In this document: positions 25,539-37,428 of the stretch, piece by piece | Position numbering within the stretch: position 1 is the stretch's first letter | How the letters are laid out: the number at the start of each line of letters is the position of its first letter | The notes under the pieces: model-generated | What the model saw: the letters and a program-made list of their open reading frames with translations, nothing else | What the model was told of the DNA's origin: nothing | Databases searched by the model: none | Position numbers and translations under genes: made by a program | Assembly: GCA_964016885.1 (NCBI GenBank) | Contig: OZ024743.1 | Span: 258,602,001 to 258,666,000 of the forward strand | DNA from: Eledone cirrhosa | Taxonomy: Eukaryota | Length of the DNA stretch: 64,000 nt | Reading direction: 5' to 3'

Positions 25539-26584
25539 ATGATAAAGGTCAGCTTGCCCTCACAAGTGCTGAGAAGAAAGATGTGTGGAAGAGCCATTAT
25601 GATAGATTACTAAATGAGGAGAATGCATGGGAAGAAGAGACCCTACCCCAAGTAGACCCTATAGAGGGGCCAGCAATACAAGTCAGCAGCAACGTAGTAA
25701 GTAAGGCAATCAAAGATATGAAGATGGGGAAGGCAACCGGTCCATCAGGTATAGCTGCTGAGATGCTGAAGGCATCTGGGTCGGTAGGTCACACTATTAC
25801 CACACGTATTGTTAACCAGGTAGTACTAGAAGGTGTCATACCAAAGGATTGGTGCAGTAGCATCATTGTCAACCGCTACAAAGGTAAAGGTGATGCACTA
25901 GATAAAGGAAACTATAGAGGTATAAAGCTGATGGACCAGGTCATGAAAGTAACAGAAAGAGTTATAGCACAGTTGATTAGGGACCGGGTGAAACTAGATG
26001 AGATGCAATTTGGGTTTGTACCAGGAAGAGGTACCACTGATGCCCTCTTCCTTGTGAGGCAGTTACAGAAAAAGTACCTAGCTAAAAGTAAGCCACTCTA
26101 CCTGGCATTCGTCGATCTCGAGAAAGCTTTTGACAGAGTTCCACGTGCTATAATCTGATGGGCTCTTAGAAAACTAGGAGTAGATGAATGGCTTGTGAAA
26201 GCTGTACAAGCCATGTATAGGTGAGCAGTCAGTAATGTTAGGATTTGCAATGAGTATAGCGAGGAATTTAGCGTAGAGGTTGGTGTCCACCAGGGCTCTG
26301 TTCTTAGCCCTCTCCTGTTCATCATAGTCCTGCAGGCAATAACAGAGGAGTTTAAGACCGGATGCCCATGGGAACTCCTGTATGCAGATGACCTCACACT
26401 TATAGCTGAATCTATGGTAGAACTAGAGAAGAAATTCCAAACTTGGAAGCAGGGACTAGAAAGAGAGGATCTCAAAGTCAACCTGACAAAGACTAAGGTC
26501 CTTGTAAGTAAACGAGAAAACAGAACCCAGATTCCCTCAGGGAAATGGCCTTGCTCAGTATGTAGGAAAGGTGTAGGTAGGAAC

Positions 26585-26855
26585 TGTGGGTATGGTGCGG
26601 TGTGCGGTGGCCTGAAGCTGGGGAGTGTTCGACCGGAAGAGTGCTTGACCGGAAGGGTGCTTGGCCGGAAGGGTGCTCAACCGGAAGGGCCAGCAGATCA
26701 GTCTCTCTCTAGTGGTGACCAGGAAGGGGTGTGGACGCGAGCTTGGCAGCTCCCGGGTGTTAATGAGTTGGACGCACGTGGAAGAGGAGAAACCAGCCTT
26801 GGGATTTAGCGGTGCCTATGAAAAGCGGTAAGTGAGATAGCTTTTTCTAACCACA
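26585..26855 (+). repeat. 5' LTR
   Basis: TGTGG...CCACA termini and four copies of a GTGCTCGACCGGAAGG-like repeat of about 16 bp. Confidence 0.95.
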
Positions 26856-26988
26856 AGCTATTTCGACACTAGAAACTGAGATCTGATTGATAAAAAAAAA
26901 AAAAAACTTTCTCGAAAACAAAGCTACTGGAAAAACAGAGAGGAGTCTGTTGTTTTTTTTTATTGCGTACCGCAAGACAAATTAGGAT

Positions 26989-27670
26989 ATGGCGACGAGA
27001 CTACGAACGAGTGAAGAGATTAGGGCATTTACCGGTGCACTGTACCTCGAGGGGGATGCGTTGGTACTCTTCCTTGAGTTAGATGAACACAGCCAAAGGG
27101 ATGCGCAAAAGATTGAGAGGCGCATGATGGAAGCGTTCACAGAGGGACCGTTAGCCGCTTTTGCTAAGCTGGCAAGAATTAGATGGAACGGTGAACGCGT
27201 TGACATTTTCGCAGCGGAAATGCGGCGATTGGCCATGTTGGCTGGATATCAGGTGGAATGCGAACGCACGGTGCGGTTGGCGTTCATAAATGGATTTCCA
27301 GACGACATAGCGGTGAAACTGCAGCAAGTCCCGGGTTACAAAGAAATGGAGACGTGTTCACTGGTGGAACAAGCCCGGATCATAGCAGAAGATGCCAAGA
27401 AGAGTGTCGCGGCGATAGCAACTACAGAGGCTCAAGACAGCTGGCAGCGAAATGGTGAAAGGGAGGCAACCACGACACGCGGTCGCCCGTGAACGTTTAG
27501 AGGTCGCTGTTTTAGGTGCCAGGGCCCGAACATGGCGAGAGACTGTAGAGAGTCAAGGCCAGAAATAATATGATACCGGTGTAAGCGACCAGGTCACATC
27601 GCTACTAACTGCAACCAGGGAAACGATCCAAGAGGAACTACTGCGCCGGTAGTTGCCCCTTACGAGTAGA
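26989..27670 (+). pseudogene. gag (with stop codons)
   Basis: LYLEGDA motif. After the stop, CFRCQGP.M.RDC and a second decayed knuckle. Confidence 0.8.
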
Positions 27671-27679
27671 GGGACTGCC

Positions 27680-29515
27680 CGTGGTGGAAGTCTTCGTGAA
27701 GGGAAAGCCACAGTGAGCCCTCGTGGACACGGGCTGTACGACGACACTGGTGACCGCGGGGTTAGAGCAGAGGTGGAGAGGGAAGAGCAACGTAAGAGCA
27801 GTCGACGGCAGGAAAATTGAATGCCGAGGTCGCAGCGAGGTGGAGATAGCGGTACGGGGAAGGAAAATAAGGCTTTCTGCCATCGTAGTTGACAACGTGG
27901 TGGATGGGATCGGCGTGGTTATGGGCATGGACGCAATTGGCCGTCTAGGAGGCGTCACAGTGAACAACGTCGGTGTGTCGTTTGGCGGCGCTGCATCGGT
28001 ATGCGCTGTGAGTACGCGACAGGAGAACCAGAAGGCCCACGAGGAGAAATACCCCGCTTACACTGTGCAGGACAAAGACTTCAAGGCCGTGTTCGATGGG
28101 CAGCGATGGGTTGTTGTGTGGTACTGGAAGGGAGAACCACCAACACTGAAGACCAAAGTGGGCTGCTATCAACACACATTGAAGGGAGACATTAGGAGCG
28201 AGAAGTAGAGAGATGGATTGAGGAGGGCATACTGCTTCCCTGGAAAGAGGAGGTGAAGTGCGGAGTATTGCCGTTAATGGCGGTGGCGCAACCCACGAAG
28301 AACAAGGTGAGGCCGGTGCTGGACTTTCGGGAGCTGAACGAGCATGTGTCATGCCACACGGGTGGCGAGGTCACGGATGTCTGTGGGGAAACCCTGCGTG
28401 AGTGGAGATGCATGACGGGGGGTTCAGCAATCATAGATCTAAAGTCGACATACTTGCAATTGCATATAGATGAGAAGCTCTGGCAGTATCAGCTGGTCAG
28501 GTATAAGGGCCGGGCATATTGCCTGACCACGCTCGGTTTCGGGCTGAGCTCCGCACCGAAGATCATGGCGGCGGTCCTCAAGACCATTCTGGGAAAGGCC
28601 GACAAGATGAAGAGGGCCACTAACTCCTACTTTGACGACATCCTAGTGGACGATTCTGTAGTGTCGGTGGCGGAGGTCACGAGCCATTTACAGGGCTATG
28701 GACTGGCTGCGAAGCCGTCAGAAGCGTTGGAGGGAGGAGCCGCGCTGCGACTTAGGCTACGGCGAGACAGGACGGGCGTCTTGGTATTCCAGAGGAGAAA
28801 TGAAGTTCCAGAACTGGGCCCAAGTATGAGTAGGCGGGAGCTTTTCTCGGTGTGTGGAAAGTTGGTGGGTCACTACCCGATTGCTGGGTGGCTTCGGACG
28901 GCATGCAGCTGTCAAGAGACGAGCGGGAGGGGTGACTTGGAGTGACAGAGTGGGAGAGAGGACAGTGGCCATGATGCAGAAGATCGTGGGGAGGGTGAAG
29001 GCCGACGACCCAGTGCGGGGACACTGTTATGTTCCCAAATCGCATAGCGCTGAGTGTCACGTTGGAGATAGGAGGTGTTGAGGTCGAGGATGCAGCCTGG
29101 CTTAGGAAGAAGGACGACTGCAACCACATCAATGTGGCCGAACTGGACGCAGTGTTGAAAGGGGTGAACCTCGCCCTGAGGTGGGGACTGCGCACCATCG
29201 AGATACGCACCGACTCGGCTACTGGACTCGGATGGGTGAGATTAGTGCTCACCAGTGAGAAGAGAGTGCGAACGAGAGGCGCGGCGAAGATGGTGATAAA
29301 GCGCCGCCTGGGAATTTTAGGAGAGCTGGCCACCGAGTTCGACCTGAGGCTGAGCGTTTTTTTTCGTGCCCTCAGAGAAAAATAGGGCGGACGTCTTAAC
29401 CAGGGTGAAGAAAGCTTGGATGGAAGCGCCGGAGGAGGTAGAAGATGAGATAGCTGCCGTGTGTCGGCTGACCGAGTCGGATCTGAAAGGGTTGCATGAC
29501 ATGCACCACATATGA
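27680..29515 (+). pseudogene. Protease-RT-RNase H (frameshifted)
   Basis: VDTGCTTTLV, RPVLDFRELN, IDLKSTYLQ, FGLSSAP, YFDDILV and HINVAELDAV..IRTDS. Confidence 0.9.
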
Positions 29516-30430
29516 GTGGATAGGACCCTGTTCCTAGCCAGGAGAATCGACTCGGACGTTAACAGACACAGTGTTCAAAGGGTGGTTAGAGGCTGCGTCC
29601 GATGTCAGTCCATTGATCCCGCCCCGGGTGTAGACGAAACGGGAAGCCTCCCGGTGGATCGCGACTGGAAGCGATTGGCGGTGGATGTAACGCACTACCG
29701 ACAGGGAACGTACCTCTCGATGGTCGACTGTGGACCAGGACGGATGGCGATATGGAAGGAGATGAAGACTGGAACGGCCGAGGAAATCATGCGGACGTTG
29801 AGAGAGGTGTTCTTGGAGCGGGGCCCTGTGGACAAACTGCTGATGGACAACAGCGCAGCGTTCCGCTCGGAGGCGCTGAGGGAGATGCTCGATGGATGGA
29901 AGGTGGACCGTTTCTTCAGAGCAGCGCTCAGGCCGAGCGGGAATGGAGTTGTGGAGCGACACCACCGGACGATCAAGACAATGGCGGAGCGGGGCCATAT
30001 ATCACCAATGGAGGCAGTGTTCTGGTACATGTCCCCTCGGGTGGGACAGGTTGAGGAATTGGTGCCACACCGAGCAGTATTCAGATACGAGTGGCGGCAC
30101 CCGTGCACGCCACCACAACAGCCAGTGAGGAGAGAGAATGCATTCGTGCAGGTGGGCGAAGAAGTCTGGGTTAAGCCCCCAGATGCACGTTGCACATCTC
30201 AATGGGGAAGGGGAACGGTGACGGCCGTAAATTCCCAGAACAACGTGTCCGTGGACGGAGTACCACGTCATGTCCTGGATGTCCGTAGAATCACTGTGTC
30301 AACGGACTCCGAGGAAGAGGAAACTCAAAGTGCCGCCCCAACACTGCGGAGATCGCAAAGAAGTCGCAAACCACCAACCTGGACAGCAGACTTTCATATG
30401 CAGAAGGACGAGGGGGAAATTGATCCTTGA
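29516..30430 (+). CDS. Integrase (HHCC remnant, DDE core, C-terminal domain)
   Basis: CVRC, LAVDVTHY, MDN and NGVVERHHRTIK. Confidence 0.9.
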   Translation: MDRTLFLARRIDSDVNRHSVQRVVRGCVRCQSIDPAPGVDETGSLPVDRDWKRLAVDVTHYRQGTYLSMVDCGPGRMAIWKEMKTGTAEEIMRTLREVFLERGPVDKLLMDNSAAFRSEALREMLDGWKVDRFFRAALRPSGNGVVERHHRTIKTMAERGHISPMEAVFWYMSPRVGQVEELVPHRAVFRYEWRHPCTPPQQPVRRENAFVQVGEEVWVKPPDARCTSQWGRGTVTAVNSQNNVSVDGVPRHVLDVRRITVSTDSEEEETQSAAPTLRRSQRSRKPPTWTADFHMQKDEGEIDP

Positions 30431-30443
30431 GATCAGGGGGGCG

Positions 30444-30687
30444 TGTGGGTATGGTTCGGTGGCCGGAAGCTGGGGAGTGCTCGACCGGAAGGGTGCTTGG
30501 CCGGAAGGGTGCTCGACCGGAAGGGCCAGCAGATCGGTCTCTCTCTAGTGGTGACCAGGAACGGTGTGGACGCGAGCTTGGCAGCTCCCCGGTGTTAATA
30601 AAGTTGGACGCACGTGGAAGAGGAGAAACCAGCCTTGGGATTTAGCGGCGCCTATGAAAAGCGGTGAGATAGCTTTTTCTAACCACA
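30444..30687 (+). repeat. 3' LTR
   Basis: Direct repeat of 26585-26855 with three internal repeat units, preceded by a polypurine tract. Confidence 0.95.
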
Positions 30688-31711
30688 GGAATTCCATTCT
30701 CTTCCCCAAATGCAAACAATGGGTACACAGGAAGCTTAATTAAGAATGTAGGTTTCACATGTAGCAGCTGTTCTGGGACAGCAAGCAGCAAACAGCCACA
30801 GGAAACAAGTACCACCAATCTATGGGAGGGCTCTGTAGAAACAGTAGACAACTTCTGCTACCTAGGTGACCGAATAAGCAGCGGAGGTGGGTATTCAGAA
30901 AGTACAATAACTACGGTAAGAATGGGATGGATGAAGTTCAAGGAGCTACTGCCACTGCTAGCTTCAAAAAGCTTTTCCCTCAAAATGAAAGGCAGACTGT
31001 ATGATGCGTGTATACGAACAGCAATGTTACATGGTAGCGAGACCTGGGCGCTGAATGTGGAAGACTGGCGTAGATTAGAAAGAAACGAAGCCTGCATGCT
31101 AAAATGGATGTGTAATAGTACTATACGCGAACGGCAAATCATAAATGAATTGAGAGAGATACTGAGCATAAGAGGAATCAAACGCTCTGTGCAGGAGAGG
31201 CGGTTGCGTTGGTATGAACATGTGATGCGTATGACGGATGACAGCTGCATAAAAAGGAGCAGAGCACTAGAAGTCAATGGAAACCGCGGAGTGGGGAGAC
31301 CGAAGAAGGCCTGGGATGAGGTGATAAAAGCCGACCTTACCCAATTACACCTCTCAAAGGCGATGACACACGACCGTGACCTCTGGCGTCATGCAGTAAT
31401 ACAGAGTACCCGATCTCCCATGGGTACAAGCTGAAGCATATAGACAATATGGCCCCACACCCTCCCACTGCAAAGTGGTCGTGTAGGAGCCACGGCAAAA
31501 AAGCAACCAGCCCACACTCTAAAGTGGACGTGTAGGCGCCACAGAAAAAAAGCACCCAGCACTCACTGTAAATGAGGTTGGTGTTAGGAAGGGCATCCAG
31601 CTGTAGAAATAAGGCCAGAATCAGTTCCAGCCGGCCAGACACTGCCCACAACAGGACAACCCGTCTAACCCATGCTAGCGTGGAAGAATGGACGTAAAAC
31701 GGTGATGATGA

Positions 31712-31775
<64 letters not shown>

Positions 31776-32872
31776 GTGTGTACATGCATATATCTATAAA
31801 TATATGTATACATATATACATATATATATATATATAAAGATCAATAAAATATTTAGTTTTAAACAGTAACTTACTGACTGCTGTGTGTATTTTTGTTTGT
31901 TTTTATATTTATATATGTTTATACGTGATTGTGTGAGCATATGCTTACAAATAAATATTCATATTTATATGTTTTATGTATGTATATGTATGTGTATACA
32001 GGAATATATATATATCCTATATATATATATATGTATTATATTGGCAACATGACCCTCCCAAAGTATAACAATATCGGTTTCAACACACGATTTCAGATAA
32101 AGAATCTTGCTAAACAAATTCAGAAACGAAATATTATATATATATTGTATATATATATATTTATATATATATATATTATATGTTGTATATATATATTTAT
32201 ATATACAAATAAAGATTCAGCAAGAATCGCATTTTGGCGGGCAGGAAAGGCGAAGCGAAATGCAAAAATCAGAAATTATACTGCAAAGTGGTCAATAGTT
32301 AAAAACCAGAGCTAAACAATGTGTCAAGAAGCTATACAAAACTGAAAAGGTGGTCAAGAAGGCATTAACCACCCAAGCCAAAAACCAAATCAAGCTAAAC
32401 AAGTCAAAACAAAATAAATGATAACCAAACCTGGACTCCCGGAATTGCTGTTAAAATCCGATGTAGAGTTTCTGTGACACCTAAATCAAAATACAGTCTG
32501 CTTAAAAATATAAGCTTTGGGTATAATGATCGAACAAGGAATATCACGTTATCAACAGGTATTTCGCTCTGTACCAAATAAGTGAATGACACGGTGGTAA
32601 GTTAAACCAAGTGTGGAAATCACAAGGGGAATAACCCCAGATTTTGGCAAAGTAATTCAGTAAGTGTATATCATGCAAAAAATAGCATAAATAGCACAAA
32701 TCGAATAAGTTCTCAACCGGGTGGTTTTAAAATAAACTTATGCAATTAACCTGTCAATAGAAATTATTAACAAGTTAATTGTAAGACACGGGAGATTAAT
32801 ACAAATATTGTATATATATTGTATATATATATTTATATATATATTGTATATATATAGAGTATATATATATTT

Positions 32873-33436
32873 ATATTATAATTGAATATAAAAGAAAAAC
32901 GAACACAGATATAGACATATATGTTTTCAAATCGCAAGGGACCAGATTCGCTAAGGAGAAAATGTTGAATAAACCTGGCTGCTATTTTTAGTGGTGTAAA
33001 TTTGTGAGACACGCTAAGATACCATGTGCGTTATCATATATAGCACACTATTCAGTTTCTTAATATACTTAGATGTGTCTAGGATACTAATTCTTCACCC
33101 ACTGATGAGCAAGAATTGGTATTTCTATTCACAATTAATATTGCGAAACAGCACCAAGAGCTGTCTGGGTGATTAGTAGTTACCACAATTACGGTTTGTA
33201 TTTATTTTCTTGATTTTTTTCTTAAATTTAGACAGGCAAACCCTATTGTCTATAGTTAGTATTCTTTTTACCTTAGCGAATCTGGGCCCTTGCGATTTGA
33301 ACACATATATGTATATATCTGTGTTCGTTTTTCTTTTATATTCAATTATAATATACGGCTCGGAAAAATCTTTTTCTTAGAGCTATTTTATTGTAAGAGA
33401 CTATTTTGAGTTTCTACCTCAATATATACCTTTGAT
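32873..33436. repeat. Inverted-repeat element enclosing an intact hammerhead
   Basis: Arms about 32873-32970/33265-33355, right extension, flanked by (TA)n. Confidence 0.85.
33095..33172 (+). ncRNA. Canonical type I hammerhead ribozyme
   Basis: Stem I UCACCCA/UGGGUGA, CUGAUGA 33102-08, stem II GCAA..UUGC, GAAA 33145-48, stem III CAGC/GCUG, GUC site ending at 33165. Confidence 0.9.
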
Positions 33437-33461
33437 ATATATTTATGTATATATTTGTATA

Positions 33462-33509
<48 letters not shown>

Positions 33510-33549
33510 GTCTAACCCATGCTAGCGTGGAAAATGGACGTTAAACGAA

Positions 33550-33580
<31 letters not shown>

Positions 33581-33658
33581 TTATATATATATTTATATAT
33601 ATATATATTTATATATACGATATTAAATAAATGGAAACTATATTTATAAAACCATATT

Positions 33659-33724
33659 TATTTCATTATATATATTTCAGGGATATCATATTAAAAATAT
33701 GGTATGCCTTCTTCAGACAAAATA
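33659..33724 (-). ncRNA. Type I hammerhead in the PLE 3' terminal repeat
   Basis: Reverse complement of 37095-37160. Confidence 0.75.
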
Positions 33725-33982
33725 CAATATAAACAGTCTTATAAATAGATAGATTTGACATACCTTACAACTTCAACTTCCATTTAAAAAGTTGATTTGG
33801 TAGTGAAAAATGTTAGGGACAGTTATAAAAAGAAAGAAAGAAAAAAAGCGAAGAAAAAGAAGAAATGCATGCAACTAAACAGAGAGAGATAGATATAGAG
33901 AAATAGATAGAGAGAAGAAATTCGTGTAAAGAAACAGAGAGAGAGAGATAGAGAGAGAAAAAACACAGAGGGAGATAGATAG

Positions 33983-34034
<52 letters not shown>

Positions 34035-35149
34035 AAATAGAGAGAGATAGATATAGATAGAGATAGAGAGAAAGAAAATAGGTAGTTGGGCACCAGTTGA
34101 ATGACGTATCAATGATATATTTATTTATTTATTTATTTATTTAGTTCTAGTATTAAGGTAGAGAGAGATATATGTGGTTAGGAGAGAAAACAGCCGTTAC
34201 ATAGAGAGAAAAGAAAAATGTCCAGAGATAAACGAGGCAGATTTAAAACATTATGTTTCATCAATGTAAAAATATCAATTCGTATTAATTAGGTATTATA
34301 ATGTAAATATCAGTATTCATGAATGAGACACGTATCAATAATGTGTGAAAAATAATGATCATATGTCTAGTTTAAAATTCCTAGGTTTATATCAGAACTG
34401 AGATAAAAAAAAAACTGAGATAAAAAAAAACTGAGATAAAAAACTGAGATAAAAAACATCAAAAAAAATTGAAATACATAAGTATATATGCACTTTCATG
34501 AAAAAAGAAAAAGAAAAAGAAAATAGAAGGTTATCCCAGATTCGATACTATAGACTTCCATGTGGATTTACGTGATCAACTCTGCAAATTCCTATTTCAC
34601 ATGAAAACATTCTCATTGTGCTATAAAAATTCTAGTATACATATATGTGTACATACACACAAATATATATAGAATCTACATTAATTTTAACAATACTATT
34701 CTTGTCTTTACTCTACATGATTATCGTTCAAGCATAAATAGACAACAGATATCAATATATCAATAAAATTATCAAAAAATTAAAAAATATTAAAAATAAA
34801 ACACAGTATGCCCCGCAAATCAACCACAGAGATCAACCCTTCAAAATTAATTGACAATATATTGCCAAGTTCATTATAAGCATCAGAATCAAAAGCAAAC
34901 AAAACCAAAATTATTTACCAAATCCTGTCTAGCAGAAATCATTCCAAAAGTTTAGGATACCCATTTGATCTACAGATGGTCTTATATTTATTATAGAAGT
35001 TTATCTAGTGTAAAATTTATTCGATATATTTGGAGCATCAGCTTTTAGGGTAGTTTAATTATTCATGAAGAATGTTTAAAAAAAAAAAAAAGAAATCGAA
35101 AGATTTATCGGCGAGTTTCATAAATAATTATAAATCATAAGTAAATATA

Positions 35150-36790
35150 CTACATTTTAAATTCATATTTATATTTAAAAGTTGAGTTCAATCTATGTCT
35201 GCAGCAACTGAATAAATTTGTCCGTAAATTAAGGGAATTTTTAGATTTTAGTATAAAGAATATCTCCTCCGCGCAGAGGTCACATGTCTCAGAGGATGAA
35301 TTAAAAGGAATCCCTCTTGAGACTATATTCCAAGCCGTCGAATATCCAACGTTATCATGCTTAAGTTGCCAGAGTAAGCCTGATAGTGATGTTGAAGATT
35401 TTTTGCTTGGATCTGTGAAAGAATTCTTGTGGTTATTATAGCGAAGTTTAAATTCTGTCGAGGTGGAACCAACATAGTTAAAAGAATTTAAGTCCGTTTT
35501 AACATTACAGTTGTATATTATATTTTTAACTAAGCAATTGTTATTTAACGGACATTTAGATCTATCTCTACAGTTACATTTGTTTACTTGGATATTATTT
35601 ATGCTATTATCGGTATTTTGGCTAGGTTTTAAATTCCTATTATTTATTCTATTAATATTTTGTGCTAAATTTTTGGTGGATGAGTAAGTTAATTTTATAG
35701 TATGTCTATTGAAAATTGAGTGATACCTATGTGTTCTAGGGAAGCGATTATCAAGAGCATTAAAAAATAGTTTAGCGATGTGGGTTTTAATGTTTAGTGA
35801 GAAAGGGGGGGCAAACCATATTATATTCCTAGTTCTATTTCTTTTTTGGCTTTTGGAATTATTGTAATGCTTTCTATTATAGTTGTTAAAGTTGTTGCCG
35901 TAATTAAAATTGTTGTTATTTTGGTTAGTTTGTCTATTATTATCTATGTACATAATTGTATCACTATATCCTGCTCTAGCTAACGCCTCATTGTAATACT
36001 GGGCTTTTTCGTCGAAAATCTTTTTATTAGATGAGATTCTAGAGATACGTTTTTGAACAGAGTTCACTATAGTATTTTTAACAGATCTGGGGTGGTTAGA
36101 GTTAAAACTGACATAGTTTAAGTTTTCATTCAACTTGTGAAATGGATAGTGAAGAAATGTGTTGAGATTTAATGTTACATCTAGGAAATTGACTATTCTA
36201 TGGTTATTCTCAATTTCTATTTTTAGATTAAAGTAATTAAAAAATTGTGTAATTTGTTTTCTTTTTCTATTTAGTTCAGAATTATTATTTTCAATAAGTA
36301 AAGCATGTCATCTCTATATAAACCTCCGGTAGCACCGGGTATTTTCCTATGCAGCGAATTGATTATAAATAAGCCCACAAGGTCAGTTACCTGAGCTGAG
36401 TCGGATGATCCCATAGTAATGTCGAAATTGTTATCTCTATCTGCTCTGGTCCATAGTTGGTCATTAAATTCTATCAATGTTTTCCTAGCCGATAATATAA
36501 TGTGTATTTCATTGCTAGTTAGGTCTGTATGTTTGAATGCGTAATTTAGTGCCTTATTTAGTAGATTAGGGGTAATAGATGAATAATAGTTAGCAATATC
36601 TAGTTGAATAAATTTATTATTATTGTTATATTTAATTTCTTTAAACCACTCAATAACCTCTCCAGTTCCCTTCCACAAGCTCAAGTTAGGTAAACAATTC
36701 AAGTTTTTAATTTGCTGTATCACCCTGTCTAGAATGTTTTTGCTTAGTTTACCCAGGTCAGATTTTGATGGTGCAATCAATCTGACTGGC
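35150..36790 (-). pseudogene. PLE RT-GIY-YIG endonuclease ORF (broken near 36270 and 36135)
   Basis: QLDIANYYSSI, ITMGS, LYRDD, SNHP, WFAPPFS, CNCRDRSKCPLNNNC, IIYNC..YVGST..FKLRYNNH, CDLCAEE and CRH. Confidence 0.92.
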
Positions 36791-36800
36791 AGGTCATTTT

Positions 36801-36838
<38 letters not shown>

Positions 36839-37094
36839 ATCTATCTCCCTCTGTGTTTTTTCTCTCTCTATCTATCTCTCTCTGTTTCTTTACATGAATT
36901 TCTTCTCTCTATCTATCTCTCTATATCTATCTCTCTCTGTTTAGTTGCATGCATTTCTTCTTTTTCTTCGCTTTTTTTCTTTCTTTCTTTTTATAACTGT
37001 CCCTAACATTTTTCACTACCAAATCAACTTTTTAAATGGAAGTTGAAGTTGTAAGGTATGTCAAATCTATCTATTTATAAGACTGTTTATATTG

Positions 37095-37160
37095 TATTTT
37101 GTCTGAAGAAGGCATACCATATTTTTAATATGATATCCCTGAAATATATATAATGAAATA
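37095..37160 (+). ncRNA. Type I hammerhead in the inverted PLE terminal copy
   Basis: Stem I UAUUUUGU/AUGAAAUA, CUGAAGA 37103-09, stem II AGG..CCU, GAAA 37141-44, palindromic UAUAUA, AUA site. Confidence 0.75.
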
Positions 37161-37324
37161 AATATGGTTTTATAAATATACTTTCCATTTATTTAATATC
37201 GTAAATATACTCCAAATACTTGTTGAGTGCTTTTATATCAGTTATAAATATTTACTCGTTGTAACCCAACAATTTAAATAAAACTTTGCATATATTTATA
37301 TATATATATTTATATATATATATT

Positions 37325-37357
<33 letters not shown>

Positions 37358-37386
37358 TTATATATATATTTATATATATATATATT

Positions 37387-37417
<31 letters not shown>

Positions 37418-37428
37418 TTATATATATA

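Larger units (their letters stand above)
26585..30687 (+). mobile_element. Compact LTR retrotransposon (Ty3/gypsy domain order gag-PR-RT-RH-IN), degenerate
   Basis: Two LTRs, 5-bp TSD GGAAC/GGAAT and a PPT at 30435-43. Gag with CCHC knuckles, protease VDTG, RT YFDD, RNase H, DDE integrase. Confidence 0.95.
25541..31714 (+). mobile_element. RTE family A copy (stops and frameshifts) split by an LTR element at 26585-30687
   Basis: RT pieces 25583-26584 resume at 30688 exactly at GRN/SIL. 3'UTR and (GAT)n end at about 31714. Confidence 0.95.
33616..37290 (-). mobile_element. Penelope-like element, 5'-truncated, with inverted terminal (pLTR) copy
   Basis: RT and GIY-YIG ORFs. 33616-34037 is the reverse complement of 36797-37203. 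Flanked by (TA)n. Confidence 0.92.

Noticed and set aside
26620-26695. Regularly spaced 16-bp repeats resembling a CRISPR array
   Set aside because: Tandem units without unique spacers inside an LTR, in a eukaryotic context with no cas genes.
32420-32725. Possible minus-strand hammerhead (UUGAGAA ... GAAA-CUC..GAG-UC)
   Set aside because: Halves are about 230 nt apart with no convincing stem I or II. It may be a PLE end but is unsupported.
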